64,000 bases of DNA from Candidatus Hodarchaeota archaeon (GTDB lineage Archaea; Asgardarchaeota; Lokiarchaeia; Sigyniarchaeales; SOKP01), in the NCBI GenBank assembly GCA_048887225.1, contig JBHLJY010000007.1:32001-96000 (forward strand), read 5' to 3'. The notes under the pieces were generated by a model. The model was not told the origin of the DNA, made no database searches, and saw only the letters and a program-made list of their open reading frames with translations. This document shows positions 9,714 through 19,178 of the stretch, in pieces. Positions within the stretch are counted from its first letter, which is position 1. The number at the start of each line of letters is the position of its first letter. Made by a program: the position numbers and the translations under genes.

Positions 9714-11273
9714 TTAATTTACAACTTTAAAGGAAAGCCCGAGGAAAATCGGACCTCTTATATCAATCTTTTTTTGTTTGGAATGAATAAACTCTTGAAT
9801 GATATCGTCGAGTTCAATATTAACTTCTGAGGCTCGATAACACATCTTTACTCTATGATCATAAGAATTTTTACCTTGCTCAAGCATAATTTCAATATTA
9901 TATGCCATTTCTGAAGCAATCCCTTCCAAATAAGTCATTCCAGTATCAAAGCCATTGCCGGGACTTTCTTCTGGTGATAAACCTAAAATGCTTCCATCCT
10001 TTACCCAAATTTTATTTAAAGTGGCTGGACCAAGAAGTTGAACACCTTCATCTTTTTCCCAAATAGTCACATCAATATTTTTATTCTTGATTATACCATT
10101 CCATACCTTTATTTCTACTGGGGAGGAATCGTTCTTATGTTTAATAGATTTCTCAATTATAGCTTTTTTAATTTCAATTCCTATTTCAGTTAATGGAATG
10201 TATTTGTATTTAATTCCTTTACTTATTTCCTCGTCAGTAAATGAAATGTCTTCATAGAAATATGGGTACACGAGCTTTCTGATATCCTCAATTTCAGTCT
10301 TTATCATACAAATTCTTTCTACTCCGAAACCAACATTAAAAACTGGATATCCAATATTATATTGAGCAAGACTAACGGGACTATAAAATCCGCCATCACC
10401 AATCTCAATCCATTCTTTAGTTTTTGGATGCTCTACAAAAATTTCAAATTCTGTTTGGGGAGCGTAATATTTTGAAGTAGCTTTTTTTATTTCAGATTTA
10501 TTATTATTGAAACCCATTTGCTCACATATTGAAGAAACTATGTTTTGACAATCTTCTAAAGATATATTCTCCGCCATTATTACTAAAGATAAAGTATGAG
10601 AATCATATAAATGAGTGGCATCTATTTTCTGTTCTCTACGAAATTTAGGGCCAATTGTAAAATATTGAAGTGGTAAATTCTTTCTCTTACTCAAATTACT
10701 CAATACTTTAAACCATAATGCTGTTGTATGGCTTCTAAGGGTATTTTTAGTAGGAATTGGTTTAAGATTTTTTAATTCTGGAAATATTTTATCAATGATT
10801 TCAGAGGCTTCGCTTTCTTTTATTTTTAATTCATTTAAAAAAATCTCAATTAAATCATCCGCTTCAATATCCCCTTTTTTATATTTTCTAAAAATATCTT
10901 GTAATGAATCGATTTTATCGAAATTGGGGATTATAGATTGAATCTTTTCGATTTTCTCTTTTGAAATCCCGATATCCGGACGGGGAAGCCCCGCTAAATA
11001 AAATAATCGGTCGAGGATTAATGCGGCTTCTGGACCATATTGTTTATATATCTCATTCTCTTCAACGAACATTGGTAATACTAATTCTTCAAATCCTAAC
11101 CCAATCATTTTGCGTCTGGCTTCTGCGATAAATTCATAAACAGGGTGAGCCAGACCTTTTTTTTCTAAATTAAAAAGATTTCCTTTTAAATTTAGAAGAT
11201 TTCTAGATTCTAACCAAGCTCTCTCATAATTCTTTTTTGCATCTCTTTTTATTTTTTCAATGTCAAAAGGCAT
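9714..11273 (-). CDS. sepS: O-phosphoseryl-tRNA(Cys) synthetase (SepRS)
   Basis: NYERAWLES, YKQYGPEAALILDRLFYLAGLPRPDIG, TLRSHTTA, FRREQ..DATHL, YSPVSLAQY. Confidence 0.92.
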   Translation of the reverse strand: MPFDIEKIKRDAKKNYERAWLESRNLLNLKGNLFNLEKKGLAHPVYEFIAEARRKMIGLGFEELVLPMFVEENEIYKQYGPEAALILDRLFYLAGLPRPDIGISKEKIEKIQSIIPNFDKIDSLQDIFRKYKKGDIEADDLIEIFLNELKIKESEASEIIDKIFPELKNLKPIPTKNTLRSHTTALWFKVLSNLSKRKNLPLQYFTIGPKFRREQKIDATHLYDSHTLSLVIMAENISLEDCQNIVSSICEQMGFNNNKSEIKKATSKYYAPQTEFEIFVEHPKTKEWIEIGDGGFYSPVSLAQYNIGYPVFNVGFGVERICMIKTEIEDIRKLVYPYFYEDISFTDEEISKGIKYKYIPLTEIGIEIKKAIIEKSIKHKNDSSPVEIKVWNGIIKNKNIDVTIWEKDEGVQLLGPATLNKIWVKDGSILGLSPEESPGNGFDTGMTYLEGIASEMAYNIEIMLEQGKNSYDHRVKMCYRASEVNIELDDIIQEFIHSKQKKIDIRGPIFLGLSFKVVN

Positions 11274-11300
11274 TATTTCTCTTTAACTTTTTTAATTATG

Positions 11301-11921
11301 TTAATCGAATTTTATTTTATCATCAATACACTCTTTTAACTCAGATATTCTAAGTGTTAATGAAATGTCTCCTCTTGTTTTTTCAATAATATTTCTTCCC
11401 ACATCAATTTTATGCCTTAAATCTTGAGTTATTCCTGAAGGGTAATCTAAAGAAAATAAGTTTGTATAAATTTCGTCCATATCTTCTAAAATATTATTTA
11501 AATCATCAATTCGAGAATTCCTAATGTTATCTAATGCGTACCGCCGTAATTCTCCTATTACATCTGCTAAGCCTAATAAATAATGAAGAGAGTTTACATT
11601 TAATTCATTAGAGGTTGGCAAGGATAAATTATTGACAATTGAATAAAAGCAAACTGCTTCTGCATATTCTTGTTCAGGAGTTTTTAAGTATTTAAAAAAA
11701 ATTCCAGGATTTTTATTGACCAAATTTGTGAGAGCTTTCAATTTTAATTTAACTTGGTCAATTTTTTCTTTATAAATATTAAATTCCTTTCTATGAATTG
11801 ATTTAATCGCAATGCTACAATTTCGTATTATTTTGCGAGAAATTCTTAATATCTCCTCTCGATCTTTATCAAGTTCATCTAAACCTTTCGTAATTTCTGA
11901 AAAAATATTTTTAAGATTCAT
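11301..11921 (-). CDS. Translin/TRAX-family RNA-binding nuclease
   Basis: REEILRISR, QEYAEA, YLLGLADVIGELRR, LRHKID motifs. Confidence 0.88.
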   Translation of the reverse strand: MNLKNIFSEITKGLDELDKDREEILRISRKIIRNCSIAIKSIHRKEFNIYKEKIDQVKLKLKALTNLVNKNPGIFFKYLKTPEQEYAEAVCFYSIVNNLSLPTSNELNVNSLHYLLGLADVIGELRRYALDNIRNSRIDDLNNILEDMDEIYTNLFSLDYPSGITQDLRHKIDVGRNIIEKTRGDISLTLRISELKECIDDKIKFD

Positions 11922-12045
11922 ATGAATAACTAGATAACTTGGAAATTATTAAAATTTTTAATTAATATAATTAATTAACAAAAGTAAGTAAAATATTTAG
12001 AATTTATCAAAAATATAGTTTAACAAATAAACTAAAGAGATAATC

Positions 12046-12114
12046 GTGAAAATCTTATTAATTCATTCCGATGGAGTGTTCCTTATCTCGAATATATTTA
12101 TAAGCGATTTTTAA
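12046..12114 (+). pseudogene. Duplicated 5' fragment of thrS (first 11 codons, then unrelated sequence)
   Basis: GTG AAA ATC TTA TTA ATT CAT TCC GAT GGA GTG (MKILLIHSDGV) versus thrS 13907-13939 (MKMLLIHSDGV); 28/33 nt identical. Confidence 0.8.
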
Positions 12115-13906
12115 CCTTAATCTTCTTTATAAATCAATTATTTTATTAGGTGTTCACATTTTTAATATTAATTTAATATTACATAACCCTGTGTAATGTT
12201 TTCTCTAAAGTAGTAAGAAGTAAAATTATATATAGACATAATCATAAAATATATTCGGTGGTTAAGGTGTTTGAAAAACCACAAAAAAAATTATTTTGTT
12301 CAAATCCGAATATATGCCAGAAGAAAAAAAAAAGAAAACAGAATGTGCAGATGATCCTTTTTTATTAAGTAAAGCTAACGAAATTTGTAATGCGAGCGAC
12401 CATATTGATGAATATCCAAGTTCCCCAATCCAAACCTCTAAAGATTTTATTGAGGGTACCCCTTATATTAACTTGGGAAAACCAATTGAGGATTTAACAC
12501 CGAAGGAATTCAAGGAATCTTATAAGGGCGTATATTCTAACCTCTTTAAGTTCGTAAAAGATCGCCATAATATCGATTTAGGTATCATGACTCGAGATGG
12601 TTTAACTAAGTTAATAAGAAAAATGAATTATTATGGTATAATTTATAATTTTACTCAGATAAAAGATGGAGAAGGGAACGATATTCATTATGGCCCCAGT
12701 TGGGTAAAAGATGATAAAAAAGTTATCGCTGGATTTCATCGAATTGGTCGAGCAATTAATATAGAGGATCGGAAAACTTTATATAAGAGAGAAAAAACTG
12801 GAAAACATTTTGAGAATACATTCCAAAAATTAGGTCCTAGAGCATTTAATTTTAATTTTTTAGCGGTTTGTAAAAATGAACAAGAATATAAAGCTACTGA
12901 ATATTTTTGGCAATTATATTTTAATAGAGAGGAAAATGAAGATGGTTATGATTTACGAAATAATGGCAATTTTAATAATAGATTAGGAAGTATGTATGAT
13001 AATATTTCAAATCTAATTTTACCCAAATATTATTTAGTAAGAGATATCTTATATGGCTTAGACAAATTCGAATTAGATGAGAGATATAAAAATTTAAAGG
13101 GTATAATCTCCGTTAAACAAGCATTAATACATAATTTTGGGATAGAGTCTATTTTTAAAATAAGGGCTATGTTAGTCGCTCCTTTATTAGATTATAATCT
13201 TAAAAGAGGGTTAACCGAGCAAGAAAATATTGAAAAATTGATAGAGTCTGGTTTTGGAATGTTTGATAAAAATCTAATACAGGAGAGGAGTAGAGAGTAT
13301 GGTCCATCCTCAACAAGGACAAATCCCAAGAATCTTTTTCAAAGAATACTCGTATATACGTACGGTCCCCCTAGAATCCGACCTAGTAGAGTCTTTACTC
13401 ATTATGAGCAACTTAGAAAAGAGAATTTCTTTGAACCATTCATAGAGTATCTTAAAGATTTAAATATTGCCGAAATAATTGGTGAATCACAAAACGATCA
13501 AAATACGCTTTCTATTGTAGATTATTTATTTGAAAAATGTCTTTCACCTACTTATATAGTTAAATATTTAGGATACAAAGGGAGTGAGGCAGAATTATTA
13601 ATAAATAAAATAAACAATTACTTGAATAGGAGATGGAGACCTTTGATAGAGCAGTTTTCTTGGGATAAACTCAGATTATTCCTTAAATTCCATCCATTAA
13701 TAATTTCCACACATAAAGTATACTCTAAATATTTATAAAAAGTTTATAGATGATATTGCATTTCATTTTAGAGTTAATTATGATTCAATTGCTCAAATAA
13801 ACAGAATCCTTACTTAATACTTTTTTATTTAAAATTCAATATTAAAAAAATTTATCATTTATATTAGATTCATAGGATATATATAATTATTTGGTGTTTG
13901 TTGCAT
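12079..13906 (+). mobile_element. Putative selfish insertion (nuclease cassette) between the two copies of the thrS 5' end
   Basis: Bounded by the imperfect 33-nt direct repeat 12046-12078 / 13907-13939; carries only the GIY-YIG-like gene. Confidence 0.5.
12296..13738 (+). CDS. Divergent GIY-YIG endonuclease-like protein (homing-endonuclease-like), 480 aa
   Basis: YGIIY...RIGRA...R...HFENTFQKLGPRAFNF..L..C....E...TEYFW...GYDL resembles intron-type GIY-YIG catalytic domains; long unrecognised C-terminus. Confidence 0.6.
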   Translation: MFKSEYMPEEKKKKTECADDPFLLSKANEICNASDHIDEYPSSPIQTSKDFIEGTPYINLGKPIEDLTPKEFKESYKGVYSNLFKFVKDRHNIDLGIMTRDGLTKLIRKMNYYGIIYNFTQIKDGEGNDIHYGPSWVKDDKKVIAGFHRIGRAINIEDRKTLYKREKTGKHFENTFQKLGPRAFNFNFLAVCKNEQEYKATEYFWQLYFNREENEDGYDLRNNGNFNNRLGSMYDNISNLILPKYYLVRDILYGLDKFELDERYKNLKGIISVKQALIHNFGIESIFKIRAMLVAPLLDYNLKRGLTEQENIEKLIESGFGMFDKNLIQERSREYGPSSTRTNPKNLFQRILVYTYGPPRIRPSRVFTHYEQLRKENFFEPFIEYLKDLNIAEIIGESQNDQNTLSIVDYLFEKCLSPTYIVKYLGYKGSEAELLINKINNYLNRRWRPLIEQFSWDKLRLFLKFHPLIISTHKVYSKYL

Positions 13907-15964
13907 ATGAAAATGTTATTAATTCATTCAGATGGCGTAGAAGTAAGGAAACACAAAGAGGCAACAAGCAATCCTCAAGAGTTTTCTGAAGATTTCATAA
14001 AATTGGATGGTTTAATACTTATAGCTTATGTTTCTATCGAAGACCAAGATACATATGACACAGATATAATAGCTAAACAAGGAGCTGATGTTATAGAAGA
14101 AGCAATTTTCCTTATTACAGGGTTCCCTGAAAAAATACGTCAAAGGAATGAAGAAATAAGAGAACATAACCGAAAAGTAGAAGAAGGTAAAATAAAAGGA
14201 AAACCAAGAAAATATCTTGAATTAATCGCTGGAAGGGATAAATACATTGTTGACAAAGTATTAGTTTATCCATGGGCACATTTAAGTAAATTTTTAAGTC
14301 AAGATCCAAATGCGGCGGAAGTATGCCCAAAAATAGCTAAAATCTTAGAATCTAAAGGAATTAAGTCAAAATTCTCTCCATTTGGATGGTATAAATCTTT
14401 TAAAATTAATTGTATCGGGCATGAAGTAGCTGAAATGTATAGAGATGTAAAGCTTTATATTCAGCCAGAAGAACATTTGCAAAAGGCTCAATTTTTTGTA
14501 ATTACTCCAGAAGGAAAAGAAATAAAAATTCAAATAGATGACAATAAAGAAGTTTTGCCAATAAAAGAAGTCGATGAGGATTTTAATTTATTTATTAAAT
14601 CAGAATTAGGTGTTAGAAGAGCTGATCTCGGAGAAGAACCACCGCATATTAAGATAATGAAAAAGTTTGAGCTAATTGATTTCGAAAAAAATTCTGATAG
14701 TGGGAACTTGCGTTGGTATCCTAAGGGTGTAATTATGAAGAACCTTATCAAAAATTATTTAGATGAGAAGTTAATTGATTTTGGAGCAATTCTAGTTGAT
14801 ACACCTATTATGTATACCGTAAAAAGCAAGAAATTAACTGCCCAAACTGCGAGATTTCCAGCCAGAACATATTGGGTTGAATCAGGAAATAATCGATTTT
14901 TACTAAGATTTGCTGGGGATTTCCTCCAATTTGATATGTTTAGTGGAATGAACTTGAAACCTTCCTATTTCCCTCTAAAATTATATGAATATGAGCAGTA
15001 TGATTTCAGGAGGGAGAAAGAAGGAGAATTAACTGGTTTAAGGCGATTAAGAGGCTTTGTCATGCCAGATTTTCATACTCTGTGCAAGGATTTGGATTCA
15101 TCTGTTGAAGAATTTAAGAAACAATATGACTTAGATCAACAAGTTGCCGAGGATTTAGGAATTAAAGATCACTTAATTTTCAGGACAACACACGATTTTT
15201 ACAAAAAAAATAAAGGTTGGATTAAGGAATTAGTAAAAAAAGAAAACAAACCTGCTTTATTGGAACTCTGGGATGATAGGTATTATTATTTTGTTTTGAA
15301 GTTTGAAAGAGGAGTACTTTCCGCTCAAGATAAAAGCGGTACTCTCGCAACAATTCAAATTGATGTTGAAAGTACTTTAGAATATTTAGAAGATAAAGAT
15401 GGCAAAAAGAGACAAAAATATAATATTTACTTTACTGATGATGATGGGATTAAAAAGCATCCAATTATTCTTCACAATTCACCTTCAGGAGGTTTGGAGA
15501 GAGTGTTATGGGGGCTAATTGAAACAGCAATCAGAGAAAAGGATAAAATAGTTCCAGGGTTTAAAACGTGGTTATCTCCAATCCAAATAAGAGTAATAAC
15601 TGTCAGTAATAATCAGAACGAATACGCTGGAAAAATAATGCAAATTCTTAATGATCAAGGTTATAGAGCGGATTTCGATGATCGCGAAGAAAAAATAGGA
15701 AAAAAAATAAGACTAGCAGAAATTGAATGGATTCCTTATATAGTAATTGTAGGTAAAACAGAACAAGAGAATGAAACTATTTCTCTTCGTAAAAGATTAA
15801 TCGGACAACCGTTTGGCCCAAAAGGGAATACATCAGAGCAGTTAAAGAATATTCAACTAGAAAAGTTTTTAGAACTCCTTGAAAAAGATACGAAAGGATT
15901 TCCTAAATACAAGCTTCCGATACCATTTAGAAGGACTTCAACTAAAATATTCTTTCGTCGCTAG
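13907..15964 (+). CDS. thrS: Threonyl-tRNA synthetase, archaeal type with N-terminal editing domain
   Basis: MKMLLIHSD, VYPWAHLS, PFGWYKSFKINCIGH, FRRE..GEL.GL.RLR.F.MPD.HT, GGLER. Confidence 0.96.
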   Translation: MKMLLIHSDGVEVRKHKEATSNPQEFSEDFIKLDGLILIAYVSIEDQDTYDTDIIAKQGADVIEEAIFLITGFPEKIRQRNEEIREHNRKVEEGKIKGKPRKYLELIAGRDKYIVDKVLVYPWAHLSKFLSQDPNAAEVCPKIAKILESKGIKSKFSPFGWYKSFKINCIGHEVAEMYRDVKLYIQPEEHLQKAQFFVITPEGKEIKIQIDDNKEVLPIKEVDEDFNLFIKSELGVRRADLGEEPPHIKIMKKFELIDFEKNSDSGNLRWYPKGVIMKNLIKNYLDEKLIDFGAILVDTPIMYTVKSKKLTAQTARFPARTYWVESGNNRFLLRFAGDFLQFDMFSGMNLKPSYFPLKLYEYEQYDFRREKEGELTGLRRLRGFVMPDFHTLCKDLDSSVEEFKKQYDLDQQVAEDLGIKDHLIFRTTHDFYKKNKGWIKELVKKENKPALLELWDDRYYYFVLKFERGVLSAQDKSGTLATIQIDVESTLEYLEDKDGKKRQKYNIYFTDDDGIKKHPIILHNSPSGGLERVLWGLIETAIREKDKIVPGFKTWLSPIQIRVITVSNNQNEYAGKIMQILNDQGYRADFDDREEKIGKKIRLAEIEWIPYIVIVGKTEQENETISLRKRLIGQPFGPKGNTSEQLKNIQLEKFLELLEKDTKGFPKYKLPIPFRRTSTKIFFRR

Positions 15965-15974
15965 GTTAAGTTTA

Positions 15975-16598
15975 ATGACAATTAAAGTTATTATATTTGA
16001 TTTAGGAGGAGTTATTATTGAATTAGATTACTTAAACTTTTACAATAAAATAATAACGTTATCACCTTCAGAAAATCCCCGTACTCGAACTATGTTAGAA
16101 TTCTTTCGGCAATCTGACTTATACCATCAAGGAAAAATGTCTGACGAGGATTTTTACCATCTTGCTTGTAATCTGCTACAAGTTTGTATGTTAAATCAAT
16201 CTGAATTTTACAAAGCTTTTAATAGCATCGTTTCGCATCCTATTCCTGAAGCTATTGATTTGCTGAAAAAATTAAAAAAATTAAATAAATATAAACTAAT
16301 AGCTATGTCAAACGTCAATGCTAGCCATTGGGATTATATTTTAAGAAAAAATTGGGATTTTTTAGATTATTTTGATGAATTAATTCTTTCCCATGAAGTG
16401 AAAATAACTAAACCTGATCCTAAAATCTTCACATATGCAATAAAAAAAGCCAAATGTAAACCCAAAGAAATTGTATTTGTAGATGATGGGTCTAATAATG
16501 TGCGTTCAGCTGAAAAGTTAGGAATTATAGGAATTCATTTTATAAACATAGAAAAATTGATAAAGGACTTTGAAAAATTAAATATAAAATTTAATTAG
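15975..16598 (+). CDS. HAD-superfamily phosphatase
   Basis: IIFDLGGVI, SN, KPDPKIF, FVDD motifs; ATG at 15975. Confidence 0.9.
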   Translation: MTIKVIIFDLGGVIIELDYLNFYNKIITLSPSENPRTRTMLEFFRQSDLYHQGKMSDEDFYHLACNLLQVCMLNQSEFYKAFNSIVSHPIPEAIDLLKKLKKLNKYKLIAMSNVNASHWDYILRKNWDFLDYFDELILSHEVKITKPDPKIFTYAIKKAKCKPKEIVFVDDGSNNVRSAEKLGIIGIHFINIEKLIKDFEKLNIKFN

Positions 16599-17116
16599 AT
16601 CTCCATACATACTACGCATGCTTTTGCGATATAGTTGAAAGCTTTCTCAACATTATCTCCTGTCTTTGCTGAAGTTTCTAAATAATCGCAGCCCAATCTT
16701 TTTGCTAAATCCTCTGCTTCCGTTCTATCCACCTGACGTTTCAAATCACTTTTATTCCCTAATAAAATCATCGGTATGGTTTTTTTAACTGTCTTTTTTA
16801 TTGATGACACCCACCCTGGGATTTTTAAGAGAGATTGTGGACTAGTTAAGTCATAAACTCCTAGAGCTGCATTGCTTCCTTTGAAATAAATAGTTCGGAG
16901 TTTATGGAATTGTGGTTGCCCACCAATATCCCAAAGAAGTAATCTTACTTGCTTTCCTTCAATTTCAACATCCTTTATTAAAAAATTTGATCCAATAGTC
17001 TTTTTCAAATCCTCACTGAAGTGATCTTTTACAAAACGAAGTAAAAGAGAGGTCTTACCGACGCCTCCTGGTCCAAAGAGAGTAATTTTGAATTTAAATT
17101 CGCTTGATTCGCTGAT
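16595..17116 (-). CDS. Rab/Ras-like small GTPase; N-terminus extends upstream of the ORF-track start
   Basis: In-frame upstream FKITLFGPGGVGKTSL (G1), then TIG, WDIGGQ, NKSD, ETSAK; probable ATC start at 17116. Confidence 0.92.
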   Translation of the reverse strand: MSESSEFKFKITLFGPGGVGKTSLLLRFVKDHFSEDLKKTIGSNFLIKDVEIEGKQVRLLLWDIGGQPQFHKLRTIYFKGSNAALGVYDLTSPQSLLKIPGWVSSIKKTVKKTIPMILLGNKSDLKRQVDRTEAEDLAKRLGCDYLETSAKTGDNVEKAFNYIAKACVVCMEI

Positions 17117-17255
17117 TTCAATAACCTTTTTCGAGTTATTTTAAGTCGATTTTGTTTTACTTCTAGTACTAATATTGATATAATTGTTCTAAAATATTTA
17201 TATATTTATAATAACTTTTAGCCAAAAATTATTTTTAATCTCATTTGAATAATTT

Positions 17256-18617
17256 CTATCTTTCAATAACTTTTTCAATTTTTTTCTTTTTTTTAAAGGT
17301 TTCCTTAATTTTTTCAGTTTCTTTTATTACAATCTCTTCAATTTTTTTTTCAATCTTCTTAGCTTCCTTTTTCACGGTTTCTCCCGTCTTTTGCCCTATT
17401 CTACTAATTTGTATCATTATCCATTCGGGTGAGCCTACTCCATTGCCATATTCGTTCCAAATATAAAGAAGGAATCCTAAAAAACCTAGGTAGGCGAGAC
17501 AGACAAATGGAAAAACCACGATGCTAAATTGACCTATATATAAAAGAAGAAAAACATATTCAACTAAAAATAGACTCAAAGATATTTTTCCGTAATATTC
17601 TATCATACTGGTAAATTTATTATCGTGATTCTTAATATCTATGAGATAGAAACAAATAGCAATAAGTAGGAGCGCAGCACCTAAGTTATAAAACATATTT
17701 CCCATTGTACCCCTTATTAAGAATTCAGGCATACCCGGAAAGTTATAATAGTTTTGTTGATTCATAATTGAGTATAATCGTAAATGAGGGTATTCAGATT
17801 CTACCATAGTCTCAGGAGTTTGCAATCGCAGACCTAATATTACTCCAAGTACGACAAAAATTATTCCCCAAATCATAAACAGCCTAAATAAGCGGAAATA
17901 AGCATCTTCAGTTCCTAATATCATTGTATCGTAAAGATATTCACCAAATATACTTGAAATGAAGCAAACTGAGAGCCAAGGGAAAAGCGTTATTTCGGGA
18001 GTTGGTGATGTGACGATAAAATGCGTAAGCCATATTAATGGATTGGAATCCTTTTCTAAATAAAGAAATTCTCTAAAAATTGGTGAAATCAGAATAATTA
18101 TAATCCCAATGACAGCACGAAACCATTTTTTCAATTTTACTGCGTAATATGAGAAAATCTGAGAAAATCCAATAAACATAAGAATGTTCCAACCCCATAG
18201 GTTGAGAGGAAATGGAATATCAGGACGAACCACGCTTAAACCTATTAAATTAAAGATCATTCCCATTACTATAATTGTAAATCCTCTCGAAAAGATTCTG
18301 TTTCGAATCACTTTATCAGGTAATTTTCCTTTTTTTCTCCTAATGCTGAAAATTACGCTAAGCGCAGAAAGGAAAATGAATAGCGATGGTCCCAATATAT
18401 CAAGCGCAGCGTATGCCATACCGTGTATGTATATCCAATCGTCATCAAACCATACACTAGATGTATGGGCAATAATTATAAATATAATCGCAAAACCCTT
18501 GACGAAGTCTATGGATCTAATACGTTGAGGAGACGCGTAATCTCGGATATCTTCAATAGGGATCTCTTCTTTCAAATAACTTACGAGGTCAGGTTTTTTT
18601 TCTTCTTTTGACGACAT
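17256..18617 (-). CDS. Multi-TM acyltransferase (HGSNAT/DUF1624-like)
   Basis: RIRSIDFVKGFAIIFIIIAH, NILMFIG, PWL motifs; many TM helices. Confidence 0.75.
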   Translation of the reverse strand: MSSKEEKKPDLVSYLKEEIPIEDIRDYASPQRIRSIDFVKGFAIIFIIIAHTSSVWFDDDWIYIHGMAYAALDILGPSLFIFLSALSVIFSIRRKKGKLPDKVIRNRIFSRGFTIIVMGMIFNLIGLSVVRPDIPFPLNLWGWNILMFIGFSQIFSYYAVKLKKWFRAVIGIIIILISPIFREFLYLEKDSNPLIWLTHFIVTSPTPEITLFPWLSVCFISSIFGEYLYDTMILGTEDAYFRLFRLFMIWGIIFVVLGVILGLRLQTPETMVESEYPHLRLYSIMNQQNYYNFPGMPEFLIRGTMGNMFYNLGAALLLIAICFYLIDIKNHDNKFTSMIEYYGKISLSLFLVEYVFLLLYIGQFSIVVFPFVCLAYLGFLGFLLYIWNEYGNGVGSPEWIMIQISRIGQKTGETVKKEAKKIEKKIEEIVIKETEKIKETFKKKKKIEKVIER

Positions 18618-18740
18618 TCTTACTATTAATAATAAAACATATTTCCTTAAAAATTTAAAAAACAAATTAATATTTTTAGATATATTTTAATATTAGTTTA
18701 TTTAGTTTTTATGATTTGAACATTTGCATTAAACAAAAAC

Positions 18741-19157
18741 ATGTCTCTAAAAGAAAAATTTAAGACACACATTGATTACAGAATAATAGGATTGGTTGGT
18801 TCAATATTACTGATTATATCTGAATTTTTACCTTGGTTTTCAGGATTCTCATGTTTTGATATTTATATTTTATATACTATCGTAGCTGTAGAAGAATCAT
18901 TTCTATATTTATTTCCACTAATAAGTGGAATCATTTGTTTAATAGCCAGTATTTTAATTATTTTTGACCAATCATATAAAATTAATTCTGTTCTTATTAA
19001 TTTCATTGGTTTGGGTTTTCTAATATTATTTCTTTTTGAAATAATTCCTGGTGAACTGTTTTATCTTCCAAGTGCAGGTATAGGATTTTATTTATGTATA
19101 AGTGGCACTCTTATAACCTTGATTGGAATAATTATGATATTATTATCAAAAGAATAA
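18741..19157 (+). CDS. Four-TM membrane protein
   Basis: FLPWFS and GIGFYL patterns; hydrophobic. Confidence 0.65.
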   Translation: MSLKEKFKTHIDYRIIGLVGSILLIISEFLPWFSGFSCFDIYILYTIVAVEESFLYLFPLISGIICLIASILIIFDQSYKINSVLINFIGLGFLILFLFEIIPGELFYLPSAGIGFYLCISGTLITLIGIIMILLSKE

Positions 19158-19178
19158 ATATTAAGAAGGTAATAAATT

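Noticed and set aside
12258-12290. GTGGTT/AACCAC inverted repeat next to an A-tract
   Set aside because: Only 6 bp; could be a minus-strand terminator but is not distinguishable from chance
12079-13906. Group I intron interrupting thrS
   Set aside because: The downstream thrS copy is complete with its own start, and no group I core (P7, terminal G context) was recognised; splicing is not required
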